This document shows positions 25,023 through 35,285 of a stretch of DNA of 64,000 bases, one piece after another (the first letter of the stretch is position 1; the number at the start of each line of letters is the position of its first letter). Below the pieces are notes generated by a model, which saw only the letters and a program-made list of their open reading frames with translations, was not told the origin of the DNA and made no database searches. The translations under genes were made by a program, and so were the position numbers. The stretch lies in the NCBI GenBank assembly GCA_026936335.1, contig JAPMXV010000031.1, forward strand, positions 124,001 through 188,000, given 5' to 3'. This DNA comes from Mantamonas sphyraenae STR306. Lineage: Eukaryota; Protista; CRuMs.

Positions 25023-28000
25023 ATGCTCAAGCGGTGGCGCAATCAGCAGAAAGAGCTGGAGCAGCAGCAACAGCAAGAGCAGCAGCAGCAGGCTGAGAGC
25101 GAGGAGGAGGCCGAATCGACGACATCCCCTGCACGCAACAACGACGGGAGTGATTATGAGGACACATCCCCAGCGGAACAACAGATCAAACCGTTCATTG
25201 GGGAACGGGTTGGCCAACGACAACGCGTGGCTGGGTCTGCAGGGCGAACACATGTGCTGAGCAGCGTGGCTGAGAAAGATCCTTCTGGCGTGCTGGCAGC
25301 TCGCATGCGGCATGCACACGCAGAACAGAAGGCAGGGTACGACCGATCGATGGCCAGTGTGCACTCTTTGCTGAGTCCCAACACTACACGTGGCACAGGA
25401 GACTTGGCGCGCAAAAGTCCGGCGAGCAGCAACGGTCTGGCCGCCAACGCCGTGCAGGGCGACTCCAGGCCACAGGGCCATTCACAGGATCAGCTGGGTC
25501 GCAGCACCACCCAGAGGGCACGCAACACACGCAAGCCCAACCAGGGCACGTTATCGCGGGTTGGAAACACCAGTGCGCTGGGCAGCAGCAGTTTGTTTGC
25601 AGCAGACTCCACTCGTCAAACGGTGGTGATTGACCACGAGGCGTCGTCGCGCAGCCGCTCAGCACGCAACACAAGCAGCACCTCCACCAAACAAGACCGA
25701 GACACAGACAGGGTTCCACTCATGGAATCTAGCCGGATGAGTATGGTCAATGACATCAGCCACCTCCGGGCGAGCGAGCGACACGACGAGGACGACAAGG
25801 ACAAGGAGCTGCTGCTGCAGAAGCAGAAGCTGGAGCTGGAGGAAAGCAAAGCCGACGAACATCCCGTGTTTGGCGTCCCCTTGAAGGAGATGGACATGAG
25901 CAGTCGGGTAGGCCATGTGCCACATTTTGTGGTGCAAATGACCACCTTTCTGGAAGACAATGCGCTGGAGGTGGAGCATGTCTTCCAAACCCAAGCCAAC
26001 GCCACCCACGTGCACTCCCTGTACATAAAGTGCAACCATGTGGGCGGGCTACCCATGGACGGATGGCATCACCCGCACGTGGTGGCCAATCTGCTCGTTC
26101 GTTTCTTTCGAGAGCTGCCCGAACCACTGCTCACCACCAAACTCTACGACAAGCTCACCAGCGTGGCTGAGGACTACACCGGCTCGCAGCAGCTCACACA
26201 GCTGATGCACGCGCTGCGACTACTCCCGTCGGTACACCTCCAAACGTTGCGCCACTTGAGCCGCTTCCTCAACACCGTGGCCAGCCATTCGCACCGCAAC
26301 CGCATGACACTGGACAAGTTGGCCATTATGTTTGGCACCAAAATGCTCAAGGCTCCCAGCAGCCGTGATTTTGCACAGATGAAGCGCGACGCGTCCACGG
26401 GCACGCGTCTCCTGCGCCTCGTACTGGCCAACCATGCCGAGCTGTTCAGTGTGCAGCAGGAGCAAACAGCCGGAGACTACGATAGCCCTACACACACGCC
26501 CACTGCAGAGTCCAAACTCGTCATGCAGGATCTGGAAGACGGATACCGCGAGTTGCAGAGTGCAGCCGCCAATCTTGTCGACCGCATGCAAGAGGAAGAC
26601 ACAAGCATGCGACCCCAATCGCATGCACAAAGGACACACGGCAGCAGCAGCAGCAGCATCAGCACCAGCACCAGTGGCCAAAACGAAACAACCATGAATT
26701 CGACACGGCACAGCACCATGCGTGTGGACGAACTCAATCCACACGTGGACGACCTGGTGGCAGCCAACAACGAACTGAAGCACACCAACCGAAGACTGCA
26801 GAGCGAACGCAAGGCGGACATCGAGAGCGCTCTTGAAACGCAACGCAAGCAGCATGCAATGGAACTCAACGACGTGCAGATGAACCTGACCTTTGCACGC
26901 CAAAAGATCCATGAGCTTACAGAGCAGAATCTTAAGCTGGAGATGCAAGTGCAGATGCAGGGCGGCGGTGCGCAGGGGAGCGACGGAAGCGTCTACCGCC
27001 CAGACACAACCACAGCCAGCGTGGCCGCAGAAAAGGAAAAGAACGACGCACAAACCATGCAACATCGCATTGTGTTCCTGGAGACATCGCTGAACGCCGA
27101 ACGCAGCAAGAGTGCCAAGCTGCAGGAACGGCTGCATAGGCTGCGCTACGAGGTGGCCAATGCCGAGGGCAAGGACGTCAAACTAGCCACATACGACGAA
27201 CAGATGAACGAACTGCTGGGCGAAAACGGCGACCTTACCATGCAGCTGAAGGAGGCCCAGGACAGGGTGCTGGAATTGCAGGCCGAACGCAAATCGGTGC
27301 ACGACCTCATCAACGAGCTTCACAAAACCATTGCCAAGCACCAACGGGAGATTTCACAGCTCAACGAGGAGCGAGCCACGCTGAAAAAGGAGTACGAAAG
27401 CCATGGCGCGGAGGCTGCGCGAAAGGAAGCACAAGACCTGCGCAGCACACTGGTGAAAACGCAGGAGCGGGAGGAGGCGCTGGAGAAGCACATCGAGCGG
27501 ATGAAGCAGGACAACAGGGAAATGCGCAAGCGGGTACAGAAGCAAAAGATGATGATTGCAGCGCTGGAGGAAAATCTGGTCGATGTCGGCGTAAACGAAA
27601 CGACCATGACAAGTCTGCGGCAGCCATCGATCAATGCAAGCATGGACGCATCGATGATGATGACCACGCGTGTGCGTGCAGGATACGGGGACGAGCAGCT
27701 CGTGGTGGACGACCTGCAGGAACAGTTGCACCGTGTGCAAGACCAGCTGAAGCAGGAGGCCAGCATGCACGCACGGGTCACAGAAACGAACCGCATGCTG
27801 TCACACGACCTCGCCGAGGCACAGCGCAAGTACGACTCGCTGGCTGAGAAGTTCCGTGAACTGCGTGAAGACTACCGTCGCATGGTGGACGAGCACCCGG
27901 AGATTGTCGACGTGTTCAAACTTCGCGCGGAGCTGGAAGAACTGCAGGCGGCGTTGGAAAAGGAACGCACCATGCATGCAACCACTGCGGATGAGCTCAA

Positions 28001-28709
28001 GCAGGTGTATGAGAAGGAGGAGACCACTTGCAAGGAACTGGACAAGGCACGCAGCCAGATCGAGACGCAAACAGAAGAAATCATGCAGCTGGAGGAGCAA
28101 CTGCTCGTCAGCCAGGAAGACGTGTCTCAAATGCGCCAACGAATGACACGCAGCGAGGCCGCCATGAAGAAGATGAAGCGGGAGGAGAAGAAGCGAGCCA
28201 AGGACGAGAAGGAACGCAAGACCAAGGCCAAGGAGGAAAAGAAGGCACGCAGCAAAGTCAGAAAGGATCTAAAACGAGTGGCCACAGGCACCACCGCTCC
28301 ATCGTCGTCCACAAAGAAGCTGCTGCGCCCACGCAGCAGCGAAGAAGGAGGTGCGCATGCCAAGAGTAAGAAGAGCAAGGCAGGCTCCGAAGCAACCGCA
28401 AAGGAACGCCGAGGGATGAGCCGTTCCAAAACCATGGCAGATACGAGTCACAAGCACCGTAGCATGCTCAGCGGCAGCAGAAGTGCAAATCAGACAACGT
28501 CAAGCAAGAGGCAGACAGCAGCAGACGACAGCACATCCGGCTACAACATTGTCAGTGCACAAACGAGCGACCGTGGCCATCCTTCGCCACGAAGCGCAAC
28601 CAGCAGCGGATCGGTGGTGCTGGGACAGGGTGCGCATCGCCTGTTTGGTGACGACACGGTGGTGTTTGATCGCAGTCGCCCACGCGTACGCACGGGATGG
28701 CAGACATGA
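25023..28709 (+). CDS. RhoGAP-domain protein with long coiled coil; arginine finger replaced by Gln
   Basis: VFGVPL, VPHFV, VANLLVRFFRELPEPLLT, NRMTLDKLAIMFG; HVFQTQA where GxFRxxG is expected. First plausible ATG 25023. Confidence 0.88.
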   Translation: MLKRWRNQQKELEQQQQQEQQQQAESEEEAESTTSPARNNDGSDYEDTSPAEQQIKPFIGERVGQRQRVAGSAGRTHVLSSVAEKDPSGVLAARMRHAHAEQKAGYDRSMASVHSLLSPNTTRGTGDLARKSPASSNGLAANAVQGDSRPQGHSQDQLGRSTTQRARNTRKPNQGTLSRVGNTSALGSSSLFAADSTRQTVVIDHEASSRSRSARNTSSTSTKQDRDTDRVPLMESSRMSMVNDISHLRASERHDEDDKDKELLLQKQKLELEESKADEHPVFGVPLKEMDMSSRVGHVPHFVVQMTTFLEDNALEVEHVFQTQANATHVHSLYIKCNHVGGLPMDGWHHPHVVANLLVRFFRELPEPLLTTKLYDKLTSVAEDYTGSQQLTQLMHALRLLPSVHLQTLRHLSRFLNTVASHSHRNRMTLDKLAIMFGTKMLKAPSSRDFAQMKRDASTGTRLLRLVLANHAELFSVQQEQTAGDYDSPTHTPTAESKLVMQDLEDGYRELQSAAANLVDRMQEEDTSMRPQSHAQRTHGSSSSSISTSTSGQNETTMNSTRHSTMRVDELNPHVDDLVAANNELKHTNRRLQSERKADIESALETQRKQHAMELNDVQMNLTFARQKIHELTEQNLKLEMQVQMQGGGAQGSDGSVYRPDTTTASVAAEKEKNDAQTMQHRIVFLETSLNAERSKSAKLQERLHRLRYEVANAEGKDVKLATYDEQMNELLGENGDLTMQLKEAQDRVLELQAERKSVHDLINELHKTIAKHQREISQLNEERATLKKEYESHGAEAARKEAQDLRSTLVKTQEREEALEKHIERMKQDNREMRKRVQKQKMMIAALEENLVDVGVNETTMTSLRQPSINASMDASMMMTTRVRAGYGDEQLVVDDLQEQLHRVQDQLKQEASMHARVTETNRMLSHDLAEAQRKYDSLAEKFRELREDYRRMVDEHPEIVDVFKLRAELEELQAALEKERTMHATTADELKQVYEKEETTCKELDKARSQIETQTEEIMQLEEQLLVSQEDVSQMRQRMTRSEAAMKKMKREEKKRAKDEKERKTKAKEEKKARSKVRKDLKRVATGTTAPSSSTKKLLRPRSSEEGGAHAKSKKSKAGSEATAKERRGMSRSKTMADTSHKHRSMLSGSRSANQTTSSKRQTAADDSTSGYNIVSAQTSDRGHPSPRSATSSGSVVLGQGAHRLFGDDTVVFDRSRPRVRTGWQT

Positions 28710-28788
28710 GTGAAAGGGAATCAATGCAATGCAATGATGTATAGAAAAGAATGGATTGTGGACGTCAGTTGCGACATCTGCAGTCACC

Positions 28789-29715
28789 TCAAGGCAGCGT
28801 CCACGTCTGTGTGTGCGACTGCGCCTCAAACTTGCCCACATACCCACCGTGTTGGAGCATCTTGCCGTTGGAGAGCTGCACCAGCACACCACAGCACGCA
28901 GGCTGCAGTTGGATGTCCACCTGTGTCCATGTGAAGGATTCTGTGTCGAGGAGCCACAGTTCGTTGGACACGTCGCCGCTTTCGCTGATCTTGCCCCCAA
29001 ACACAGCCAAATGGACCCCGTCGTCCATTAGCACGGCCATGTGCCCTGCACGTGGAGACGGAGAACTCTCCGGCGCCTCGATGCGGCTCCAGCTCGTTCC
29101 TGAAAGCACAAACAAGTCCGCGTCGACGTCCGCTTGACCCTTTTTGGACTTGCCACCCCACACCAGGATTCGCCCATCGGCCAGTCGCACCATGGAGTGT
29201 CCTGTGCGTGCAGTGGGTGCATCTCCCTGGCTTTCAAACTCGCTCCAGGCCATGCTGTCAAGGCTAAGGAGATGCTGATCGTCGAATGCAACGCCGTCCT
29301 TGCCACCAAAGAACAGCACCTGCGAGTCTCCGTAGGGGACGGCAACACATCCGAATCGGCCCTTGGGTGCATTGCCCTGCGTTTCCACAACGCTGCACGT
29401 GCCTGCAGTCGAGTCCAGCGCATACAGGGTGCTCGTGCAGCCGCCCGGAACATACCCACTCCAAAGCAGCACGCGCTCATCGCTCATCCTGTACACCGCC
29501 GCTCCATTCCACAGTGGGCAGCTGTCGTCCAGATCCGACGCCGATGTTTCCAGACTCGTCAGATCCATGCGAAGCAGCGTGGTGACGAAGCCGTCGTCCG
29601 AAAACTCGTCGTCTCGGCCGCCCACCATTGTCAGCGCCCCGGTGTCGTCCACCCACCCAAAGTGATTGAAGCGAGCCTGGGCGCTGTCTGCAGTCTCGAC
29701 AGATGCGGAAGACAT
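28789..29715 (-). CDS. Kelch-repeat beta-propeller protein
   Basis: Repeated PxxRxGH...hhhhGG units (PKGRFGC, PTARTGHS, PSPRAGHM) with terminal W. Confidence 0.9.
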   Translation of the reverse strand: MSSASVETADSAQARFNHFGWVDDTGALTMVGGRDDEFSDDGFVTTLLRMDLTSLETSASDLDDSCPLWNGAAVYRMSDERVLLWSGYVPGGCTSTLYALDSTAGTCSVVETQGNAPKGRFGCVAVPYGDSQVLFFGGKDGVAFDDQHLLSLDSMAWSEFESQGDAPTARTGHSMVRLADGRILVWGGKSKKGQADVDADLFVLSGTSWSRIEAPESSPSPRAGHMAVLMDDGVHLAVFGGKISESGDVSNELWLLDTESFTWTQVDIQLQPACCGVLVQLSNGKMLQHGGYVGKFEAQSHTQTWTLP

Positions 29716-31655
29716 GCGGTGGAATTTGGAGTTTGTTTTTCCTGGTTTGCATCACGCGCTCTCCTCGGCACCCAGCCGTACCCCACACCCATCCAACCCA
29801 CCACACGTTCCATCACTTCGTCGGGTAGAGTCATCCACTTTGCACTTGGCACATACCCGTCCATCCCGCCCGCCTCAAACATCAACTCGCGTTCCTCGTC
29901 GTTCAACACCAGAACCGTCTCCATGGCCTCGTCCGCGGCGCTGCTGCACATCCAATGCCTCTCACGTGTCCACACAGGAGGCGTGTCTGGCGAGTATACT
30001 CCCAATTCCGTGCACCATTGGTCAGTCAGCATTGCTCCCCTCCGTTCAAGCAGCTCCAGCATCGCGAGCTTGCCGTCTCGTCGAGCATAGTCCATGCACG
30101 TCGCATCCATTTGGTTGGTGTGGTGGATGTCTGTGTGTGCGTGGCAGACCAGAAAGCGCGCCATCGTCAGGTCGTTCCGTTCCACCGCGATGTTCAGCAA
30201 CCGCTCCTCGTCCAGACTGACCGTACGCGATGCATTCAACGAGATCCCGTGGACATAGTGCAGTCGGGCCATCTCAGCCACATCTCCGCACTCTGCCGCT
30301 CGCAACATCAGATCGAAACGGTCCTGAGACGATGGAGGCTCATGCGACATCAGGCTCAAGTGTTGACCCGCCAGTGAAAGGCAAACAATGTTGCTGGTGT
30401 CGTGGCTTTCCCTCAGCACGCATTCGATCAGTGAGGCCCCCTCCAACGAGCAGGGTGCCAGCGACAATTGGAGCAGCTGCCTGTTTGAGCGCACAGCATC
30501 CGACCACACCAGCGACGTCTCCTTGCACATGCTTCGGGCCGAACCCACCAGATACAACTCGTTCAGGGCCTGGTTCGAAAGCACCATGTGGGCCATGCTG
30601 GCCAACCCCGCGTCGCCGAACGGATTCATCGAAAGATCAAGCACCCGCAGCGACACGTTGTTCTCCAGCGCCTGGGCCATTGCATGGACTCCTTTGTCAC
30701 CGATGCTGTTGCGCTGAAGCATCAACTCTTCCAATCGACAGCTTCTGCTGCTGAGGGCGGCCGCCAACGCCTCACCACTGGCGTCGCCTATGGCCGCGTT
30801 GTCGGTGACCACCAAGGTGCGCAGGACGCTTGATGCCAATGGCCTGCACATGTGCACCATGCCACGGTCAGTGATGCGGTTGATGCTTGCGTTCAGCCAC
30901 TCAAGCTGCGCCGACGCCAGAGCCTCGCCGAGCCTTTCCGCAGCTTCGTCGTCCAATCCCGTCCTTGTCAGCTCCAGCCAGCGCAGACGCTGGTTGGAAG
31001 CAAGGGCACTCATCCATTCCATTGAAGCAAACCTGTTGTTGTCCAGGTACAGGCCAGTGATCGTGCGGTTGCCCTTCACCACCTCGTGCAGGTGCACACA
31101 ATCGTCCTGGTCCAAATCCTGATAGTTGAGGAGCAGAAACTTGCATTTGCAGTCGCTGTGCAACAATGCCTTTTCCAGGGACGCCGTGTCCACGAAAACG
31201 CTGGTCAGCCCGATTCCGAGAATTTCGGTTGTTGGCAGCTCCTCGAACAGCGTCTCCGTGGCTTGCCGGACAATGGGGCACAAGCGCACGTAAAGCTCGC
31301 GCACTCTGTGAGTCCGACACACGTCGACAATGGCCTGCAGACTTTCCCCTCGAATGGAGTTCCCAGACAAGTCCAGGCGCTTGATTCGCCCCAAGTGTGC
31401 CCCTTGCAGCCCCTCCATCACCGCAGACATTTGGTTGTCGTCCAAACCAACTCCATTGAGCAGCACATCCACCTCCAGCTGCGGTGCCACCCAATGTGAC
31501 AGGTCGCCAGCCAGATCTGCAACATCCTCGTCGTCCAGCTCAAAGTTGTCCAGCTCCAGCACACCCGACGTTTTGCTCATCTCAATCAGTTCAGCAAACT
31601 CATCGTCTTGGCTCTCACTGTCCTGAGCACTGTTCATGTCGACGGCGGTTGCCAT
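29631..31655 (-). CDS. RNI-like leucine-rich repeat protein with C-terminal ankyrin repeats
   Basis: LxxLxLxxNxIGDxG repeats (LEELMLQRNSIGDKG, LRVLDLSMNPFGDAG); ankyrin-like LLNIAVERNDLTMARFLV, TCMDYARRDGKLAMLELL. The 3' end is uncertain because it overlaps the Kelch start. Confidence 0.85.
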   Translation of the reverse strand: MATAVDMNSAQDSESQDDEFAELIEMSKTSGVLELDNFELDDEDVADLAGDLSHWVAPQLEVDVLLNGVGLDDNQMSAVMEGLQGAHLGRIKRLDLSGNSIRGESLQAIVDVCRTHRVRELYVRLCPIVRQATETLFEELPTTEILGIGLTSVFVDTASLEKALLHSDCKCKFLLLNYQDLDQDDCVHLHEVVKGNRTITGLYLDNNRFASMEWMSALASNQRLRWLELTRTGLDDEAAERLGEALASAQLEWLNASINRITDRGMVHMCRPLASSVLRTLVVTDNAAIGDASGEALAAALSSRSCRLEELMLQRNSIGDKGVHAMAQALENNVSLRVLDLSMNPFGDAGLASMAHMVLSNQALNELYLVGSARSMCKETSLVWSDAVRSNRQLLQLSLAPCSLEGASLIECVLRESHDTSNIVCLSLAGQHLSLMSHEPPSSQDRFDLMLRAAECGDVAEMARLHYVHGISLNASRTVSLDEERLLNIAVERNDLTMARFLVCHAHTDIHHTNQMDATCMDYARRDGKLAMLELLERRGAMLTDQWCTELGVYSPDTPPVWTRERHWMCSSAADEAMETVLVLNDEERELMFEAGGMDGYVPSAKWMTLPDEVMERVVGWMGVGYGWVPRRARDANQEKQTPNSTACLPHLSRLQTAPRLASITLGGWTTPGR

Positions 31656-32084
31656 GGCTTGAAGGTGTCCGAGTTCAGATGGTCGACACAGCGCAGCGCA
31701 CAGGTTTGCAATGTCCTCTTTTCTTCTCTCCAATCCAACAGACAAATCCACCAGACAAGCTTGCAATCTCTCTCTTCTCCGTCACGGGTCATCGTTCCAT
31801 CGTGGGAGCCCATGCCGACGTTTCTTCCTCACCCGACGAATAAAAAACTTCTGCCAGAAGGTGCGAGAGGCGTTCGGGGCTCCCGCGTGACACGACTCTT
31901 GTTGCGGTGTAGACAAACACCGTTGTGAACACGTTGATGCAACCGAGTCCGTTGCTTTACTGCTCTCCACGGCCATCGACATCGCCTGACCCCTGTGGCG
32001 CACAAAATTTGGGGAGGTGTTTTTTTCCCTGAGGAGACGCCGCCCGCGGAAGCAAACCTTCCTTTGACACACGACTGGATACAC

Positions 32085-35000
32085 ATGCGTCAGCGAGCAG
32101 CCCGAGCCCGCGCACATCTCAAGTGGTATGAGCAGCCAGCCGTGCAGGTGGATCTGTGGCTGCACAACTTCTTTTTCCGCCTTGGGAAGGCCGTGTCCCG
32201 ACACCCACACTTGTTTGTTTTGCTGCCCCTCGCCATTTCTTTCATCGCCATCATGGGCTGGGGCGAGGCCCAAATCGTATCGCCCACCGTGTCCGACCTG
32301 GCACCCTCAGAGTCGGTGCCCCTCAAGGGCTTTGCCATCTGGTCGCGCCTCTTCAACAGCTACGGTGGCAATTTGCAAATCGTCATCCGAAATGGAAACC
32401 CGGCCCTCTTGGACGAGGTCTCCACCTTACGTGGACACCTGGAAATCGTCCTACGTGGCGGAAGACGGCAGTGGATTCTATGCCAGTGACATTTGTCTCC
32501 CTGCGAATGTTTCTGCATCCCGCGTCATCACGCTAGAGCCGGCGCCGCGGCCAGCTCGCGCCGCCTGCAGAAAATTCTCGGCAGCCAGCGCCACAGCTCC
32601 CCAAATCCGCGCCAGCGAGAACGTCACATCGCGCTTGGACGTCCAACCAGGAGTCACCGTCGTCGGGGAGTACGGCGTAGGCATGAAGCTGGACAACATG
32701 GCCTGGACGTCCTCCGAGGGTGTCCCAACCTACCGCCTGAGCATTCCCTTGGGACCGTCTCGACAGAAGGACGCCATGCACGACGCACGCCAGCCCCTGG
32801 AGGTCGACATGCAAAACATGATCAACCAACGCACCTGGACCCACGCTGGACCCAAGAGCGAGGTGATTGCCAGCCTCGATCGTCTCTACGGCGTGGACAT
32901 TTGGATCATCCTCGGCTTCCTGGCCCTTTTTGGCGCCGTCATGGTCTACGCCTGGCTTTCGTCTGCACGCAGCGCACGTGGACAGTGGCGGCTTTGGTTT
33001 GCACCCATGAGCTTTGTGTCGTCCACACTGTCCATCCTGGCCACGTGGGGGCTGTTTTTCTGGCTGGGTTGGTACCCTGTGCTGGCAACCATGTTCTCCT
33101 TCATTGTCTGCCTGGGCATTGGCATGGACGACGCCTACCTTCTTCTCCATCTCATCGACCACGCCCATGGCAAGCCCTCCACACGCTTGGCCCATGGCAT
33201 GGCTCATGCAGGACCGGCCATTGTCATGACCTCCATCACCGATGCCATCGTGTTTGCCATCGGCACAACCTCGTCCGTGCCCTACATCCGCGACATGTGC
33301 ATCATCACCTGTGCCACCGTCATTGTCGACGCCATCATGCAGTCCACCTTCTTTGTAGCCCTGCTCTACCTCGACATGGTGCGTCAGCACGCACAAACCG
33401 ACCGCCTTGGCTGCGTGCCTTGCATGCGTGCCTGCTGCCAGCCAGGGTACGCCACACGTGTGGGCGACACCACAAGCTTTGATCTTGCCGTGGAATCAAG
33501 CAGCAAGTTCATGTTGTCCACAGCTCCAAGCTCCAGCAGCGACATTGCGGAGGCAACGTGGAAGCCAAAGAAGGCGCCCGTTCGAAGTAGCAGCACACGC
33601 ACAAGCAACGGCACCATGCTGACTCCTGAGACAGCCCTCACAACACCGGGGTTCATCACACCCAACAACGACACGGAACGCGCGGACATCGCGGGCTCCG
33701 TCACAGGTACCACCGTCGACGCACACACTGAACGCTCCGCGTCTCCCAAACCCTGCATCTGCATCGGAATGTGATGAGTCCCGAAGGGACAGCCACGAGG
33801 TCGACGCATCATTCTCCCTGGACAGCAAAGTCAATGTGAACGCAGCCACACCCACACAGACCAGGCGCACACGGAGCTCCCAGAACCCTCCGAAGCGGTC
33901 CAGTCGTTTCGCTGACAATGTTCACTGGTCAAAGACGCATTGGATTGCGCGCGTGCACAGCACAAAGCTGGGCACAGTTCTCGCATCCATTTTTGTCATC
34001 ATTGCCACCGTGATCATCATCACGGCCATGGCATCCTTCCAACCGGGTCTCATTTCTCCCGCTGGACCAAAGCTTCCCTGGAGAAGCTGTGTACGAGGTC
34101 GAGCTTACCCTCACGACCCACTTTACGCGTCAGGAGGACATGTTTGCCATTGTGCGGTTTGGGGAGAACCAGCAGCCCAGCAGCGCAGTGTTCCAGCAGA
34201 AGTGGAACAGCTTGTTTGCACGCGTGGTGGCTTTGCCTGCGAGCAACATCACTGTGCTTCCTGGCACTGCACGCAATTGGTTGCAGGACATGGCTGCCTG
34301 GGCTGCTGCTGAACAGGCAACTCCCACTCTGCCCACAGACACCGTTGCGTTTGGCCGTCTGCTCCACCGGTTCCTGGACGATGCTCGCTTCTCCACCTAT
34401 CGCGAAGACATGATCTTTGCCAAAGAGTACGTCGCTGGCACGTACGAACGTGTCCTCGAGGCCTGCGTCTTTGTTGTGCCCATCAAGCAAGTGGAAACCA
34501 CACAGGAAACGTTTCAGGGGGCCAACAAGTTCTTTGCTGCAGTCGAAAAGGCACGCAATGACGTTGTGGGAGCCTCCAGCGAGTGGAACATCCGCTTGGC
34601 TGCACCGCAGTGGTTGGAGCTCGACTCCACGTCGACCATCTTTGCCAAGATTGCGCAAGATCTGCTTGTGAGCAGCCTGGCCATGTTTGTGGTGTTTTGG
34701 CTCTTTTTGTTCGATCCTCGCGTGTCGGCTGCGCTTGTGGGCGTGCTGCTCTTCCTGGCCTTCTTTGCCGTCAGCGTGTTCCACCTGGCCGGCTTTGCCT
34801 TTGACTCGCAGGCCATGCTGTCACTGCTGCTCTCCTATGGCTCCATCGTGGACTACTCTGCACATGTGGCCCACCAGTACATGATCAGCGTGCACAAGAA
34901 GCCTCGCCAGCGCCTTGAGATGGCTCTCAACCACATCGGCGGCATCCTGGTCGACGCATTTGTCACCACCGCCCTCAGCTCCATTGTTTGCTTCTACCTC

Positions 35001-35228
35001 ACTGGTTCGCTCCTCGGTTTCTTTGTTCTGTACAGCATTGCCGTCGTTACGGCCTTCATCTTTGCAGCTGTGCTCATGCCCCAGGTGCTCCTGATCATCA
35101 ACCCGCGCGCTGCTCGTGTCATTGTCATGCGCGACGCAGAGGAGATGGACGGACAGGTCGACATGGCACTCAAGGCGTATGGCATCGACCTCGGACAGGC
35201 GATGGACACCAACGCCACACTTGGATGA
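32085..35228 (+). CDS. NPC1/Patched (PTCHD3-like) sterol-sensing-domain RND protein; three apparent +1 frameshifts
   Basis: FFFRLGKAVSRHP + TM1; SSD GIGMDDAYLL, AGPAIVMTSITDAIVFAIG; second half GSIVDYSAHVAH. Spread over four ORFs (31995, 32128, 33836, 34089). The start is uncertain. Confidence 0.85.
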
Positions 35229-35285
35229 AACGAGCAACAAATGCATTCCCAGTTGCAACACCTCACCCACCGTCCCCACATCCTC

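Noticed and set aside
32420-34060. Euplotes-type AAA-TAR +1 frameshift signal
   Set aside because: None of the shift sites is at a stop codon and they share no motif.
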